This document shows positions 18,306-27,576 of a stretch of 46,418 nt of DNA, in pieces (within the stretch, counting starts at the first letter, position 1; the number at the start of each line of letters is the position of its first letter). The notes beneath the pieces were generated by a model. That model was not told where the DNA came from, searched no databases, and saw only the letters and a program-made list of their open reading frames with translations. The position numbers were made by a program, and so were the translations under genes. Source of the stretch: PVC group bacterium (GTDB lineage Bacteria; Auribacterota; Erginobacteria; Erginobacterales; Erginobacteraceae); assembly GCA_003561965.1 (NCBI GenBank), contig PWXJ01000317.1:1-46418 (forward strand), given 5' to 3'.

Positions 18306-19439
18306 TCACCCCGGCGGCGGCGAGCCGGGGGTCTGGCGTTTCCTGGCCGCCTCGACGGCGGCGGCGAACTGTTCCTTGAAAATCTCCCGGCCGAACCTCC
18401 GGGCGTGTTCCCGGATCTTCCGGGGGTCGAAGTCCGACTCCCGGTCGAGAAAGTGCCGGACGGCCCCGGCCAGGGACTCCGGCGTCTGTTCGGGGAAGAA
18501 CACCCCGGTCGGGGACCGGCCGCCGTCACCCGGCCAGGGAACCGTGGTCTCGGCCAGACCTCCTTCTCCGAACCCGATCACCGGACGGCCGCAGGCCTGG
18601 GCCTCCAGGGGCACGATCCCGAAATCCTCCAGGCCGGGGAAGACCAGGGCCCGGCAGTTCCGGTAGAGTTCCCGAAGTTCTTCGTCTTCGACCCAGCCGA
18701 AAAAATCAATTCCCTCGCCGGCCTGTTTCTTTAGCTTCCCGGCTTCCGGCCCGGTCCCGGCGATCTTCAGCGGCAGCCTCAGCCGCCGGAAGGCCTCGAT
18801 CGCCAGGCCGATTTTCTTATAGGGGACCAGGGCGGAGACGACCAGAAAATAATCACCTTCCGGAGAACCGGGGGTGAAGAATTCCGTGTCCACCGGGGGA
18901 TAGATTACCCCAGCTTTCCGATTATAGACCCGGTCGATCCGGTCGGCAACCGTTTTCGAGATGGCGAGAAACCGGCCGACCCGATCGGCGGAACGGAGGT
19001 CCCAGCGGCGGAGATAGTCGAAGACCGGTTTCAGCAGAAGTTTCCGGGCCCGGCCGGCTCCGAAGTAGTCCCGGTAGAAGAACCAGAGGTAACGCATCGG
19101 GGTGAAGCAGTAGCAGATCGAAAGCGCCGACGGCGGGGGGCGACAGCCCTTGGCCACCGCGTGGCTGGTACTGATCACCAGGTCGAACCCGCCGAGATCG
19201 AAACTCTCGATCGCCCGGGGAAAGAGGGGGAGGTAATAGCGGTAGCGCCGGCGGGAGAGGGGGAGTTTCTGGATGAAGGAGGTGTGGATGGTCATCCCCC
19301 GGATCCGGGGGGAGACCTTCTCCTCCTCGAGCAGGAGGGTGAAGATCTCCGCCGATGGGTAGAGCTCGCAGAGGACCTCCAGAACTTTTTCCCCCCCGCG
19401 CATCCCGTTGAGCCAGTCGTGGACCAGGGCGATCTTCAT
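18306..19439 (-). CDS. glycosyltransferase family 4 (GT-B)
   Basis: MKIALVHDWLNGMRGGEKVLE N-terminus and the C-terminal blocks EDFGIVPLEAQACGRPVIGFGEGG. Confidence 0.85.
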   Translation of the reverse strand: MKIALVHDWLNGMRGGEKVLEVLCELYPSAEIFTLLLEEEKVSPRIRGMTIHTSFIQKLPLSRRRYRYYLPLFPRAIESFDLGGFDLVISTSHAVAKGCRPPPSALSICYCFTPMRYLWFFYRDYFGAGRARKLLLKPVFDYLRRWDLRSADRVGRFLAISKTVADRIDRVYNRKAGVIYPPVDTEFFTPGSPEGDYFLVVSALVPYKKIGLAIEAFRRLRLPLKIAGTGPEAGKLKKQAGEGIDFFGWVEDEELRELYRNCRALVFPGLEDFGIVPLEAQACGRPVIGFGEGGLAETTVPWPGDGGRSPTGVFFPEQTPESLAGAVRHFLDRESDFDPRKIREHARRFGREIFKEQFAAAVEAARKRQTPGSPPPG

Positions 19440-19493
19440 TATTTCCCCACTGCTATCGGGGTTTTCCCGTCATCAGGACCCCGGCCGGAGGCG

Positions 19494-20663
19494 TCAGCCA
19501 TCTTCCTCCGCCAGCTCCCGGTAGACTTTCAGGGTCTCCGAGGCGGTCTTCTCCCAGGAGAATTCCGCCGCCCGGGCCAGCCCCCGCCGGCGGTATTCCC
19601 GCCGGAGCTCCGCGGAGTCCCAGAGCCTTTCGATGGCGGCGGCCAGCGCCTCGGTACTCTCCGGATCGACCAGGAGCCCGGCCTCCCCCACCACCTCGGG
19701 GAGGCTGGCCCGGTCGGAGACGATAACCGGGGTACCGCAGGCCATCGCTTCCAGCGGCGGAAGGCCAAACCCCTCGTAAAGGGAGGGGAGGACCAGGGCC
19801 CGGGCCCCGTTGTAGAGGGCGACCAGTTCCTCTTCCCCGACCCCGTCGAGAAAAACCACCCGCGATCCGAGTTGGAGTTCGGCGACGGCCTCGGCCGCCT
19901 CGGGATAGCGGGGGTCGGGGTGCCCGGCCAGGACCAGCCGGGGCCGGTCGGACCGGTTCCGGCTGAATCCGGCAAAGGCCCGGACCAGGCCGGCCACGTT
20001 CTTGTAGGGGTCGAACCGTCCGACATAGAGTAGATAGGGATCGGCCGACCCCAGTTTTCTCTTCACAATCCGGACCATCTCTTCCTTCTCCAGCGGCCGA
20101 TAGGCCGGGTCGATCCCGTTATGGATCACGGCGATCTTCTCCGGGGGGAGGCCGAGGTCGGCGACCAGGTCCCGGCGGGTATGGCGGGAGACGGTGATCA
20201 CCCGGTCGGCCCGCCGGGCCGAGCGGTTCAGGACCCGGCGGAAGACCGGGTGAAAGCGGGTCTTCCAGGCCCGGGGGGTGAAATGGGGAAACTTCAGGGG
20301 GATCAGGTCGTGGACGGTCGCCACCGCCTTCACCCCCGGCCGGAGAAAAAGCGGAAGAAAGTAATTGGTCGAATGGAAGATATCCAGCTCCAGCTTCTCG
20401 ATCCGGGAGGGCATCCCCCACTGGCCGCCCGGGGAGAATATCCCCCAGGGAACCGGGATCGGGCGGATCCGGGGGTTATCCCCCCAGCGGCGGGAATACT
20501 TTTCCCGGAGGACGGGGTCGGAAAAGAAGACATAGTAATGATTTTCCCGGTCGATCGTCGAGAGATGGGTGATCAGCTTCTCGGTCACCCGGCCGACCCC
20601 GGAGATCGCCGGGAAGATCCAGCGGCCGTCGATCCCGATTTTCAGGGGAGAGGGACTCTTCAC
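19494..20663 (-). CDS. glycosyltransferase family 4 (GT-B)
   Basis: [34 protein letters not shown] signature. Confidence 0.85.
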   Translation of the reverse strand: MKSPSPLKIGIDGRWIFPAISGVGRVTEKLITHLSTIDRENHYYVFFSDPVLREKYSRRWGDNPRIRPIPVPWGIFSPGGQWGMPSRIEKLELDIFHSTNYFLPLFLRPGVKAVATVHDLIPLKFPHFTPRAWKTRFHPVFRRVLNRSARRADRVITVSRHTRRDLVADLGLPPEKIAVIHNGIDPAYRPLEKEEMVRIVKRKLGSADPYLLYVGRFDPYKNVAGLVRAFAGFSRNRSDRPRLVLAGHPDPRYPEAAEAVAELQLGSRVVFLDGVGEEELVALYNGARALVLPSLYEGFGLPPLEAMACGTPVIVSDRASLPEVVGEAGLLVDPESTEALAAAIERLWDSAELRREYRRRGLARAAEFSWEKTASETLKVYRELAEEDG

Positions 20664-20669
20664 GGCATT

Positions 20670-21821
20670 TCACCCCGGGGCGGACCCGGAACCGGCGGCG
20701 GAGCGGTAGACCTCCAGGGTCAGGTCCGCCGCCCGTTCCCAGGTGAAACGGGCCGACCGGCGCCGGCCTTTCTCGACCAGGCCGGCCGCCAGCTCCGGCC
20801 GGGTGAGGAGGGCTTCGATCGTCTCGGCCATCCGGCCGGGATCGCCGGGGTCGAAGTAAAGGGCCGCCTCGCCCAGCATCTCGGGGAGGGCGCCGGCCCG
20901 GGAGGCCGCCACCGGGACCCCGGAAGCCATCGCTTCCAGGGGCGGGAGTCCCTGCCCCTCGTAAAGCGAGGGATAGATGAATCCGGAAGCGCCGCGATAG
21001 ACCGCCGGGAGGGCGGAACGGGGAACGTACCCCAGGTCCATCACTCTCCTCCTTCCGGCCTGGTTGCGGAATTTCTGCTCGATCTCCCCCCGGAGCCAGC
21101 CCTTCGGGCCGGCCAGGACCAGCTTGTAATCCCCCAGCTTCCCCGCCGACTGGAGGCCGGACCAGGCTTCCAGCAGCCGGACCAGGTTCTTCCGGGGCTC
21201 CCAGGTCCCGACGGTGAGAAGATACTTCTCGGGGAGATGAAAACGGTAACGGGTCCGGAGCAGTTCGTCCTCGGTCTGCGGCCGGCGGAAGGCGTCCTCG
21301 ACTCCCCCCTCGACCACCGTCAGCTTGTTCGGCGGTACCCGGTAGAGGGTGGTCAGTTCATTTTTCGTGAACTCCGAGATCACGATCACCCGGTCGGAAC
21401 GGTCCAGGCTCCCGGGGAGGGAGGCTTCCAGGTACTTCAGGTTCTTCGGCTCGATGAACTGGGGAAAACGCTTGAAGGCGAGATCGTAAACCGTGGTGAT
21501 CACCGGCTTCCGCCGGACCGGGCGGGCGACGAAATCGGGAAAGTGGTAGACGTCCATCCCCGGGATCAGCCAGTCGACGGAGGGGAAACCGAGTCTCTTC
21601 CAGCCCAGGCTGAGCAGTCTCCCGGGGATTCTCCGGTCGCGGGGCGCCATCTTCCGGTAGACCAGGGCCGGCAGTTCGACCGAATCGCGGAAGCTGAAAT
21701 AAAAAGGGGTTATCCCGCCGGCCCCGGCCCGGCCGGCCAGCGCATCCAGCAGTCCCCGGGTATAGTAACCGACCCCGGTCAGGGGCCGGGAGAGGCACTG
21801 GATATCAATCCCGATCTTCAT
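20670..21821 (-). CDS. glycosyltransferase family 4 (GT-B)
   Basis: [34 protein letters not shown]. The ORF is open from 21866. I prefer the ATG at 21821 (MKIGIDIQ...), which is a typical GT4 start with GGAGG upstream. Confidence 0.85.
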   Translation of the reverse strand: MKIGIDIQCLSRPLTGVGYYTRGLLDALAGRAGAGGITPFYFSFRDSVELPALVYRKMAPRDRRIPGRLLSLGWKRLGFPSVDWLIPGMDVYHFPDFVARPVRRKPVITTVYDLAFKRFPQFIEPKNLKYLEASLPGSLDRSDRVIVISEFTKNELTTLYRVPPNKLTVVEGGVEDAFRRPQTEDELLRTRYRFHLPEKYLLTVGTWEPRKNLVRLLEAWSGLQSAGKLGDYKLVLAGPKGWLRGEIEQKFRNQAGRRRVMDLGYVPRSALPAVYRGASGFIYPSLYEGQGLPPLEAMASGVPVAASRAGALPEMLGEAALYFDPGDPGRMAETIEALLTRPELAAGLVEKGRRRSARFTWERAADLTLEVYRSAAGSGSAPG

Positions 21822-22004
21822 AGCAGGCGACGCCTCCGATAAACAATGGATAACCGGAAATTTCAAGATATATCTTCGGGGAATAAATTTACAGTATTTT
21901 CTTGCCCGGCGGCCCGACCGGGGTTTATAATTGACGGCGGTGTCCCGACTCTATTCCCCTATCGGCGGTCCGAACCGAATCCGCGAGCGGGAAACAACGA
22001 TAAG
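21822..22004. promoter_or_regulatory. divergent intergenic region between the GT4 operon and the two-component genes
   Basis: A non-coding gap between divergent genes with locally lower GC (AAATTTCAAGATATATCTTCGGGGAATAAATTTACAGTATTTTCTTG). No boxes are assigned. Confidence 0.4.
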
Positions 22005-23153
22005 ATGAATAATCCCACCCCCTCCCGAGAGGAACTGGTCCGGGAAGTCGCCCGGCTCCGGCGGGAGCTGGAACGACTCCGGGGAGGGGAGGAGGACGGG
22101 ACCGACGATGACCCCTCCTCACCCGGCGAACCGCCGGCGCTCCAGCTGGAAAAGATGTTCGCCGCTCTCCCCGACGTGGTTCTGAGCCTGGACGGCGAGG
22201 GGAGATACCTCAAGGTCCTGGCCCGGAGGGACGAACTGCTGGCCGCCCCTCCCGAACAGCTGGAAGGGAACCTGCTGGAGAATTTCCTCGATCCGGAGGC
22301 CGCCGAACTCTGCCTGGCGGTGATCGCCCGGACCATCGAGACCGGAAAGGAACAGACCGTCGAGTACCGCCTGGAGACCCTGGAGGGCTGGAAATGGTTC
22401 GAGGGCCGGACCGCCCCCCTGCCGGAAGCCGACGGCCGGATGGAAAAGGTCCTCTGGATCGCCCGGGATATCACCGCCCGGAAGGACGCCGAGACGGCGG
22501 TGGAGAACGCCCTGCGGCAGAAGGACCTGCTCCTGAAGGAACTCTACCACCGGGTCAACAACAACCTCCAGATCATCATCAGTCTCCTCAAGCTCCAGGC
22601 CGAGTACGCCCCCGACGGGGACACCCGGGCCCTGCTGCTCCGCAACCGCAACCGGATCTCCTCGATGGCCCTGGTCCAGGAGATCCTCTACTCCAGCGAG
22701 GACCTCGACCGGATCGACTTCGGGCGGTACCTCGAAACCCTGGTCAATTATCTCTTCGAGCAGTATTCCCCGGCCCCGGGGGCGGTCAAGCTGGAGACCG
22801 AGGTCGGCCGGACCAGCCTGGACATCTCCATCGCCATCCCCTGCGGGCTCTTTCTCAACGAACTTCTGACCGCTTCGCTGGAAGGATCGTCTTCCGCCCC
22901 GCCCCGGGGGACAATCCGGACCGGGCTCCGCCCCCGGGAACCGGACCAGGTCGAGATCTTCTTCGCCCGGCGGGGGGAAAATTTCCCCGACATCCCCCCC
23001 GGACCCGACGCCCCCTCTTTCGGCCGGGAACTGATCCAGACCCTGGCCGATCAACCGGGGGGCCGGCTGGAAACCAGGAGCGGAGAATGGACCACCTGGA
23101 AGATTATCTTCACCCCGTCCGCTCAACAAGGCGAGAGGGAGGACAGCTTATGA
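22005..23153 (+). CDS. PAS domain sensor histidine kinase, HisKA_2-type, with a divergent ATP-binding domain
   Basis: I prefer the ATG at 22005 ([15 protein letters not shown]...), which begins with a coiled-coil. The PAS block runs [17 protein letters not shown]...[15 protein letters not shown]. The H-box is [20 protein letters not shown]. The C-terminal domain is [12 protein letters not shown]...RRGENFP...GRELIQ. Confidence 0.8.
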   Translation: MNNPTPSREELVREVARLRRELERLRGGEEDGTDDDPSSPGEPPALQLEKMFAALPDVVLSLDGEGRYLKVLARRDELLAAPPEQLEGNLLENFLDPEAAELCLAVIARTIETGKEQTVEYRLETLEGWKWFEGRTAPLPEADGRMEKVLWIARDITARKDAETAVENALRQKDLLLKELYHRVNNNLQIIISLLKLQAEYAPDGDTRALLLRNRNRISSMALVQEILYSSEDLDRIDFGRYLETLVNYLFEQYSPAPGAVKLETEVGRTSLDISIAIPCGLFLNELLTASLEGSSSAPPRGTIRTGLRPREPDQVEIFFARRGENFPDIPPGPDAPSFGRELIQTLADQPGGRLETRSGEWTTWKIIFTPSAQQGEREDSL

Positions 23154-23758
23154 CCGGCAGGAAGATCCTGATCGTGGAGGACGAGGGGATCGTGGCCCGG
23201 GATATGAAAAATATCCTCACCCGCCTCGGTTACCCGGTCGTCGCCGTCGCCTATTCCGGACCGGAAGCCGTCCGGCTGGCGAAAACGGAAAAACCGGACC
23301 TGGTCCTGATGGATATCGTCCTCCAGGGAGAGATGGACGGGATCGAGGCGGCGGAGAAGATCCGGGACCGGAACGATATCCCGGTAGTTTACCTGACCGC
23401 TCACGCCGAACCGCCGGTCCTGGAGCGGGCCGGGGTCACCGGGCCTTACGGCTATCTCCTGAAGCCCTTCCGGGAGCGGGAACTCCACGCCGCGATCGAG
23501 ATCGCCCTCTACAAGCACGCCGCCGACCGGGAGCGGGGGCGGCTGCTCGGGGAACTCCGCCGGACCCTGGAGCGCCTCCGGACCCTGGAGGGCCTATTGC
23601 CGATCTGCTCCCACTGCAAGAAGATCCGCGACGGGGGGGGCCGCTGGCACGAGATCAGCCTTTATATCAGCAACCATTCCCGGGCCGATTTCACCCACGG
23701 GATCTGCCCCGACTGCCTGAAGGAGCATTACTCTCCGGAAGACCTTCCCGCCGGCTGA
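23150..23758 (+). CDS. response regulator: receiver domain plus a C-terminal Cys/His-rich domain
   Basis: The start ATG overlaps the kinase stop codon (ATGA at 23150-23153). The REC domain is [15 protein letters not shown]...[15 protein letters not shown]...YLLKPF. The tail is [45 protein letters not shown]. The track ORF start at 22394 is an artefactual upstream extension. Confidence 0.88.
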   Translation: MTGRKILIVEDEGIVARDMKNILTRLGYPVVAVAYSGPEAVRLAKTEKPDLVLMDIVLQGEMDGIEAAEKIRDRNDIPVVYLTAHAEPPVLERAGVTGPYGYLLKPFRERELHAAIEIALYKHAADRERGRLLGELRRTLERLRTLEGLLPICSHCKKIRDGGGRWHEISLYISNHSRADFTHGICPDCLKEHYSPEDLPAG

Positions 23759-25135
23759 TCAGGCCGGGGGATCCCCGGAGAGGAGGAAATCCCGGAAGGA
23801 AGCGTAGTCCCCGGAGAGCGGGATCGGCTCGCCCTTCCGCCGGTCGAGATCCCGGAGGCCGGGGGGCACCGGGGGATGGACCCCGAGCAGGGACTCGATC
23901 TCCTCGGGGAACTTGGCCGGGTGGGCGGTCTCGACCGAGATCGCCAGACAGTCATCCCCCTCCCGCTTCCGGTATTCCTCCAGGCCCTTCCAGCCCACCG
24001 CCCCGTGGGGCTCGAGGATCACCCGGTGGCGCCGGTAGACCTCGACGATGGTCTGCCGGGTCTCGGCGTCGCTGACCGCCAGGGAGAAGATCCGTTTCCG
24101 CATCCGGTCGAGGTCGGGCGGACGGATGACCTCGCCGGTCCGGTCGAGGCTGCCGCCGTAGATATCGAAGAACCGGGCCAGGTTGCTCGGGTGGCCGACG
24201 TTCATCGCGTTGGAGATGCACTTCCGGGAGGGTTCGACCTTCCGGTAAACCCCGGTTCTGAGGAAATCCGGAAATTCGTCGTTGGCGTTGGTCGCCATCA
24301 CCAGCCGGCGGACCGGCAGGCCCATCCGCCGGGCCAGCTCGCAGCCGAAGGCGTTGCCGAAATTCCCCGAGGGGACCGAGATCACCGCCTCCTCTCCCTT
24401 CTCGGCCAGCTGGGCGTAACTCCAGACGTAGTAAACCGACTGGGGGAGGACCCGGCCGATGTTGATCGAGTTGGCCGAGGTCAGGTTCAAGCGGGCCAGG
24501 TCGGGGTCGAGAAAAGCCCGCTTGACCAGGTTCTGGCAGTCGTCGAACTTGCCCTTCACGACCAGGGCCCGGACATTTCCCCCGATGGTGTCGAGCTGCC
24601 GCTTCTGCCGGGGGCTGACCTCCCCCTCGGGGTAGAGGATGTAAACCTCGACCCCGGCCACCCCCTTGAAGGCCTCCCCGATCGCCGAACCGGTATCCCC
24701 CGAGGTCGCCACCAGGACCTTTAGCCTCCCCCCCCCGGAGTGAAAGTAACTCATCAGCCGGGACATCAGCCGGGCGGCGAAGTCCTTGAACGAGGCGGTC
24801 GGGCCCCGGTCGAGGCGGAGGATATGGCGGCGGCCGTCAACCGGTTCGATCGGGACCTCGAAGTCGTAAGCTTCCCGGACTATTCTTTCCAGGTCGCCGG
24901 CGGGGATGGAATCTTCCCAGTAAAGCCTTCCCACCAGCCAGGCCGCCCGCCAGTAGGGTTCGCCCTTCAGCGAGGATATCTCCTCCGGCGCGAGCCGGGG
25001 GATCCGGTCGGGCATAAAAAGTCCTCCGTCCGGGGCCTGGCCCATCAGCAGGGCTTCCCGGAAGCCGACCCGGCCGGTGAAGGGCTTCAGGCCCGGCCCG
25101 GTCCGGTGACGATTGGTGCTGTAGTACCTGATCAT
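23759..25135 (-). CDS. thrC: threonine synthase
   Basis: I prefer the start at the ATG at 25135 (MIRYYSTNRH...VGFREALLMGQAPDGGLFMP). The PLP-lysine block is PTASFKDFAARLM, followed by VATSGDTGSAIGEAF. The stop directly abuts the response regulator stop (convergent, no spacer). Confidence 0.9.
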   Translation of the reverse strand: MIRYYSTNRHRTGPGLKPFTGRVGFREALLMGQAPDGGLFMPDRIPRLAPEEISSLKGEPYWRAAWLVGRLYWEDSIPAGDLERIVREAYDFEVPIEPVDGRRHILRLDRGPTASFKDFAARLMSRLMSYFHSGGGRLKVLVATSGDTGSAIGEAFKGVAGVEVYILYPEGEVSPRQKRQLDTIGGNVRALVVKGKFDDCQNLVKRAFLDPDLARLNLTSANSINIGRVLPQSVYYVWSYAQLAEKGEEAVISVPSGNFGNAFGCELARRMGLPVRRLVMATNANDEFPDFLRTGVYRKVEPSRKCISNAMNVGHPSNLARFFDIYGGSLDRTGEVIRPPDLDRMRKRIFSLAVSDAETRQTIVEVYRRHRVILEPHGAVGWKGLEEYRKREGDDCLAISVETAHPAKFPEEIESLLGVHPPVPPGLRDLDRRKGEPIPLSGDYASFRDFLLSGDPPA

Positions 25136-25237
25136 AGACAACCTGACTGGCGGATTGAACCGATACCGAAACCGGAGAATAAACGGGAATTGTCCCGGAG
25201 ACAAGAGGAAAAGAGATGGTGACGCGGGAAGGGCGGC

Positions 25238-25969
25238 TTAGTAGCTGACGGCCCGGCCGTCCTCGTAGATGACCATCGTCAAGGGATTACCTTCCGCGTC
25301 CCAGAAGATCCAGCGTCCGTCGGGGCGGTCGCCCCGGTAAGACCCCTCGGCCATCTTCTGGCCGTTGTCGAACCAGGCCTCGAAGGAACCTTCCCGGCGG
25401 CCGTCGGAATAATCGATCCGGCTCTTGATCTGTCCGGCGCGATACCGGGTCTCGTGGACCCCGGTAAATTCGGAGAGGTCCGCCCGGACCGGTTCGGCGC
25501 CGGGGTCCCCGATTCTTTGAACGGCGAAATAGATCCCGGCCGCCAGGCCGAGGGCGATTAATATCCCCGCACCGAAAACGATGATTTTTCTCTTCGCTTC
25601 CGCCCGCCGGAATTGTTGCTCCAGTCCCCCCCGGAACTCCTTCCAGGAATCCGGGATACCCGCCCCGCTGAAGATCCGGTCCAGGGCCTGCTTGATTTCG
25701 GCGTTCGGGCGGAAGCGATAGGCCCGGGTCTGGTCAACGCCCTTGATCTCCCCGGAGAGCACTCCGGCCTCCTCAAGCTCCTCCAGGGCCCCGGAGACCA
25801 CCTTGATATCCTCCCGCTTCATCTTCCCCGCCATTTCGATGGCGTCGAGTGCTCCTTCGGGGTTATCCTGCCAGTAGGCGACTATGTCCGCCTGGAGCGG
25901 GGTCTTGATTACCCCCCGGAGCGGGGCGAACCGCCCGGCCCCCGCGTTTTTTTCTCCCGGATCGATCAT
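25238..25969 (-). CDS. single-pass membrane protein with a C-terminal MORN-variant (YwqK-like) repeat region
   Basis: Central TM segment IIVFGAGILIALGLAAGIYFAV. The C-terminal region is RIDYSDGRREGSFEAWFDNGQKMAEGSYRGDRPDGRWIFWDAEGNPL. The function assignment is weak. Confidence 0.6.
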   Translation of the reverse strand: MIDPGEKNAGAGRFAPLRGVIKTPLQADIVAYWQDNPEGALDAIEMAGKMKREDIKVVSGALEELEEAGVLSGEIKGVDQTRAYRFRPNAEIKQALDRIFSGAGIPDSWKEFRGGLEQQFRRAEAKRKIIVFGAGILIALGLAAGIYFAVQRIGDPGAEPVRADLSEFTGVHETRYRAGQIKSRIDYSDGRREGSFEAWFDNGQKMAEGSYRGDRPDGRWIFWDAEGNPLTMVIYEDGRAVSY

Positions 25970-25995
25970 TGCTGTCCTTCAGGGTTGCCGTTTGA

Positions 25996-26901
25996 TCAAC
26001 GCCGCTCCTGCCACCAGCTCTCCCAGCGGCGGATGGCTTCCCGCCGCTCGGCGTCGGTGCCGTGAGGGTCGAAGCCGAAATCCTCCCCGGTCGCCTCCCG
26101 GAGAAACTCGGCCGCCTGGGCCCGGACCATCTGGTCTCTCTCCCGGGCGGTCGATTCCAGGTTCCGGATCAGAACCGGGATCCCGGCGTTGTCTCCCAGG
26201 AGGGCCAGGGCCCGGGCGGCGGCGTTCCTGACCCAGAGGTTCCGGTCGAAGAGACTGCTCCTCAGGTCGGGGATGGCGGCCTCATCGCCGATCCGCCCCA
26301 GAGCGTTGGCGGAGGCCGAACGGACGAAGGAACTGGAGTCCCTCAGCCCGCTGACCAACCGGGGATAAGCCTCTTCGGCCCGGAGGGCGCCCAGGCTTTC
26401 CGCAGCCGCCCAGCGGACATAGGAGCTTTCGTCCCGGAGCGCCTCGATCAGGGCCCGGTGGACCCGGCGGTCATCCATCCCGCCCAGCGCCAGGGCGGCG
26501 TCGTAACGGACGTAATCGCTCTCGTCGCGGGTGGCGCGGATCAGGGCGGGGATCGCGCTGTAACAGCCGATCCGGCCCAGGGCCCGGGCGGAGTAACGCT
26601 GGTACATCTCCCGCGGCTCCGCCAGGGCCTCGATCAGGTAGGGGACGGCGACCACGTCGTTCTCGTCCACTACCCGGGAAAGCTCCTCGGCGGCGGTGAC
26701 CCGCCGGAGAAAGTCGCCCCGGACCAGCTCGGAGACGTAGCTGACGACGTCATCCTCCATCGGTCTCTCCCCGCAGCCGGTGACGGCAGCGGCCAGGATC
26801 GCCCCGAGGCCGATCAGGACAGGGAGAAACCGGGCGGACGGGGAAAATCCGCCAACGGAGGAGAGATAATCCGCCTGTTTGTTACTCATCAGCAACCTCA
26901 C
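25996..26901 (-). CDS. HEAT-repeat (PBS lyase-like) lipoprotein
   Basis: Lipobox ILAAAVTGC and repeated units such as VRYDAALALGGMDDRRVHRALIEALRDESSYVRWAAAESLGALR. Confidence 0.8.
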   Translation of the reverse strand: MRLLMSNKQADYLSSVGGFSPSARFLPVLIGLGAILAAAVTGCGERPMEDDVVSYVSELVRGDFLRRVTAAEELSRVVDENDVVAVPYLIEALAEPREMYQRYSARALGRIGCYSAIPALIRATRDESDYVRYDAALALGGMDDRRVHRALIEALRDESSYVRWAAAESLGALRAEEAYPRLVSGLRDSSSFVRSASANALGRIGDEAAIPDLRSSLFDRNLWVRNAAARALALLGDNAGIPVLIRNLESTARERDQMVRAQAAEFLREATGEDFGFDPHGTDAERREAIRRWESWWQERR

Positions 26902-27063
26902 CGGCAGGGGTCGAATTCTGGGGACACTCTAACAGAACCTGCCGATCCCGTCAAGAAAACTTTTCCCGCTAACTGTCAATGAATTTATTAGAACTTGACG
27001 GCCCCCGCCCGCGGTGGGATATTTACCTCTCAATCCCGGCCCCGGCGGCCCGGAACACCCTCT

Positions 27064-27492
27064 ATGCAGAAGAAAAATCAAGATTCCATCCGGGTTCCCG
27101 CCCGGCTCGAGAGCCTGGAGAAACTGGTGGAGTTCGCCCTCGCCGCCCTCCGCCGGGCCGGAATCGGGGACCGGGATGCCGCCCCGGTCCACCTGGCCAT
27201 CGACGAGGCCTGCACCAACTGCATCAGCTACGCCTATCCGGAGGGTCAGGAGGGGGAGATCGAAATCTCCTGCCGGAACGAACCGGGAGAAATCGTCTTC
27301 ACCATCCGCGACTGGGGCCGTCCCTTCAACCCCCTGGAAGCCGAACCCCCCGACCTCTCGCTGGGTATCGAGGATCGCCCGGTCGGCGGCCTGGGGATCT
27401 GCCTGATGAAAAAATCCTGCGACCGCCTGGAATACCGGCGGCAAGAAGGGACCAACGTCCTGACCATCCGGAAAAAGATCAGTAAGCAGTAA
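27064..27492 (+). CDS. anti-sigma regulatory factor-like Ser/Thr kinase (RsbW/SpoIIAB-type GHKL ATPase)
   Basis: Start at the ATG at 27064 (MQKKNQDSIRVPARLE...). Blocks are AIDEACTNCISYAY (N-box like), IRDWGRPFNP and GGLGICLMKK. The stop TAA lies inside the heptamer repeat. Confidence 0.7.
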   Translation: MQKKNQDSIRVPARLESLEKLVEFALAALRRAGIGDRDAAPVHLAIDEACTNCISYAYPEGQEGEIEISCRNEPGEIVFTIRDWGRPFNPLEAEPPDLSLGIEDRPVGGLGICLMKKSCDRLEYRRQEGTNVLTIRKKISKQ

Positions 27493-27573
27493 GTAGTAGG
27501 CAGTAGGCAGTAGGCAGTGGGCAGTAGACAGGGAAACAGAATCTGCTCACTGCTTACTGCTCACTGTTTACTA
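27480..27573. repeat. inverted pair of heptamer arrays: (CAGTRRG)x7 at 27480-27528 facing (CTYACTG-type)x4 at 27546-27573
   Basis: The left array reads CAGTAAG CAGTAAG TAGTAGG CAGTAGG CAGTAGG CAGTGGG CAGTAGA. After a 17-nt spacer the right array reads CTCACTG CTTACTG CTCACTG TTTACTA. It fills the whole gap between two convergent genes. Confidence 0.8.
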
Positions 27574-27576
27574 TAC

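Noticed and set aside
18305-18529. N-terminal extension of the sugar-transferase ORF. Analogous extensions occur at 42260-42583 (GT4), 44512-44958 (UDPGP), 22394-23149 (response regulator), 25136-25204 (thrC) and 21846-22004 (kinase).
   Set aside because: The extended parts are Pro/Arg/Gly-rich and lack homology-like features. Most overlap the upstream gene (18305-18529, 42260-42583, 44512-44958, 22394-23149), and in those cases internal ATG codons lie at or overlap the upstream stop, which is classic translational coupling. The internal starts give family-typical N-termini.
20121-21842. 573-aa plus-strand ORF across the GT4 genes.
   Set aside because: It is antisense to two well-supported GT4 genes ([14 protein letters not shown] motifs). 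The translation is Gly/Pro/Arg-rich with no domain features.
27480-27573. Possibility that the short tandem repeats, here and at 33203-33278, are a CRISPR array.
   Set aside because: The units are 7 nt and contiguous with no spacers. CRISPR repeats are about 24-48 nt and are separated by unique spacers of similar size. No cas genes are present.
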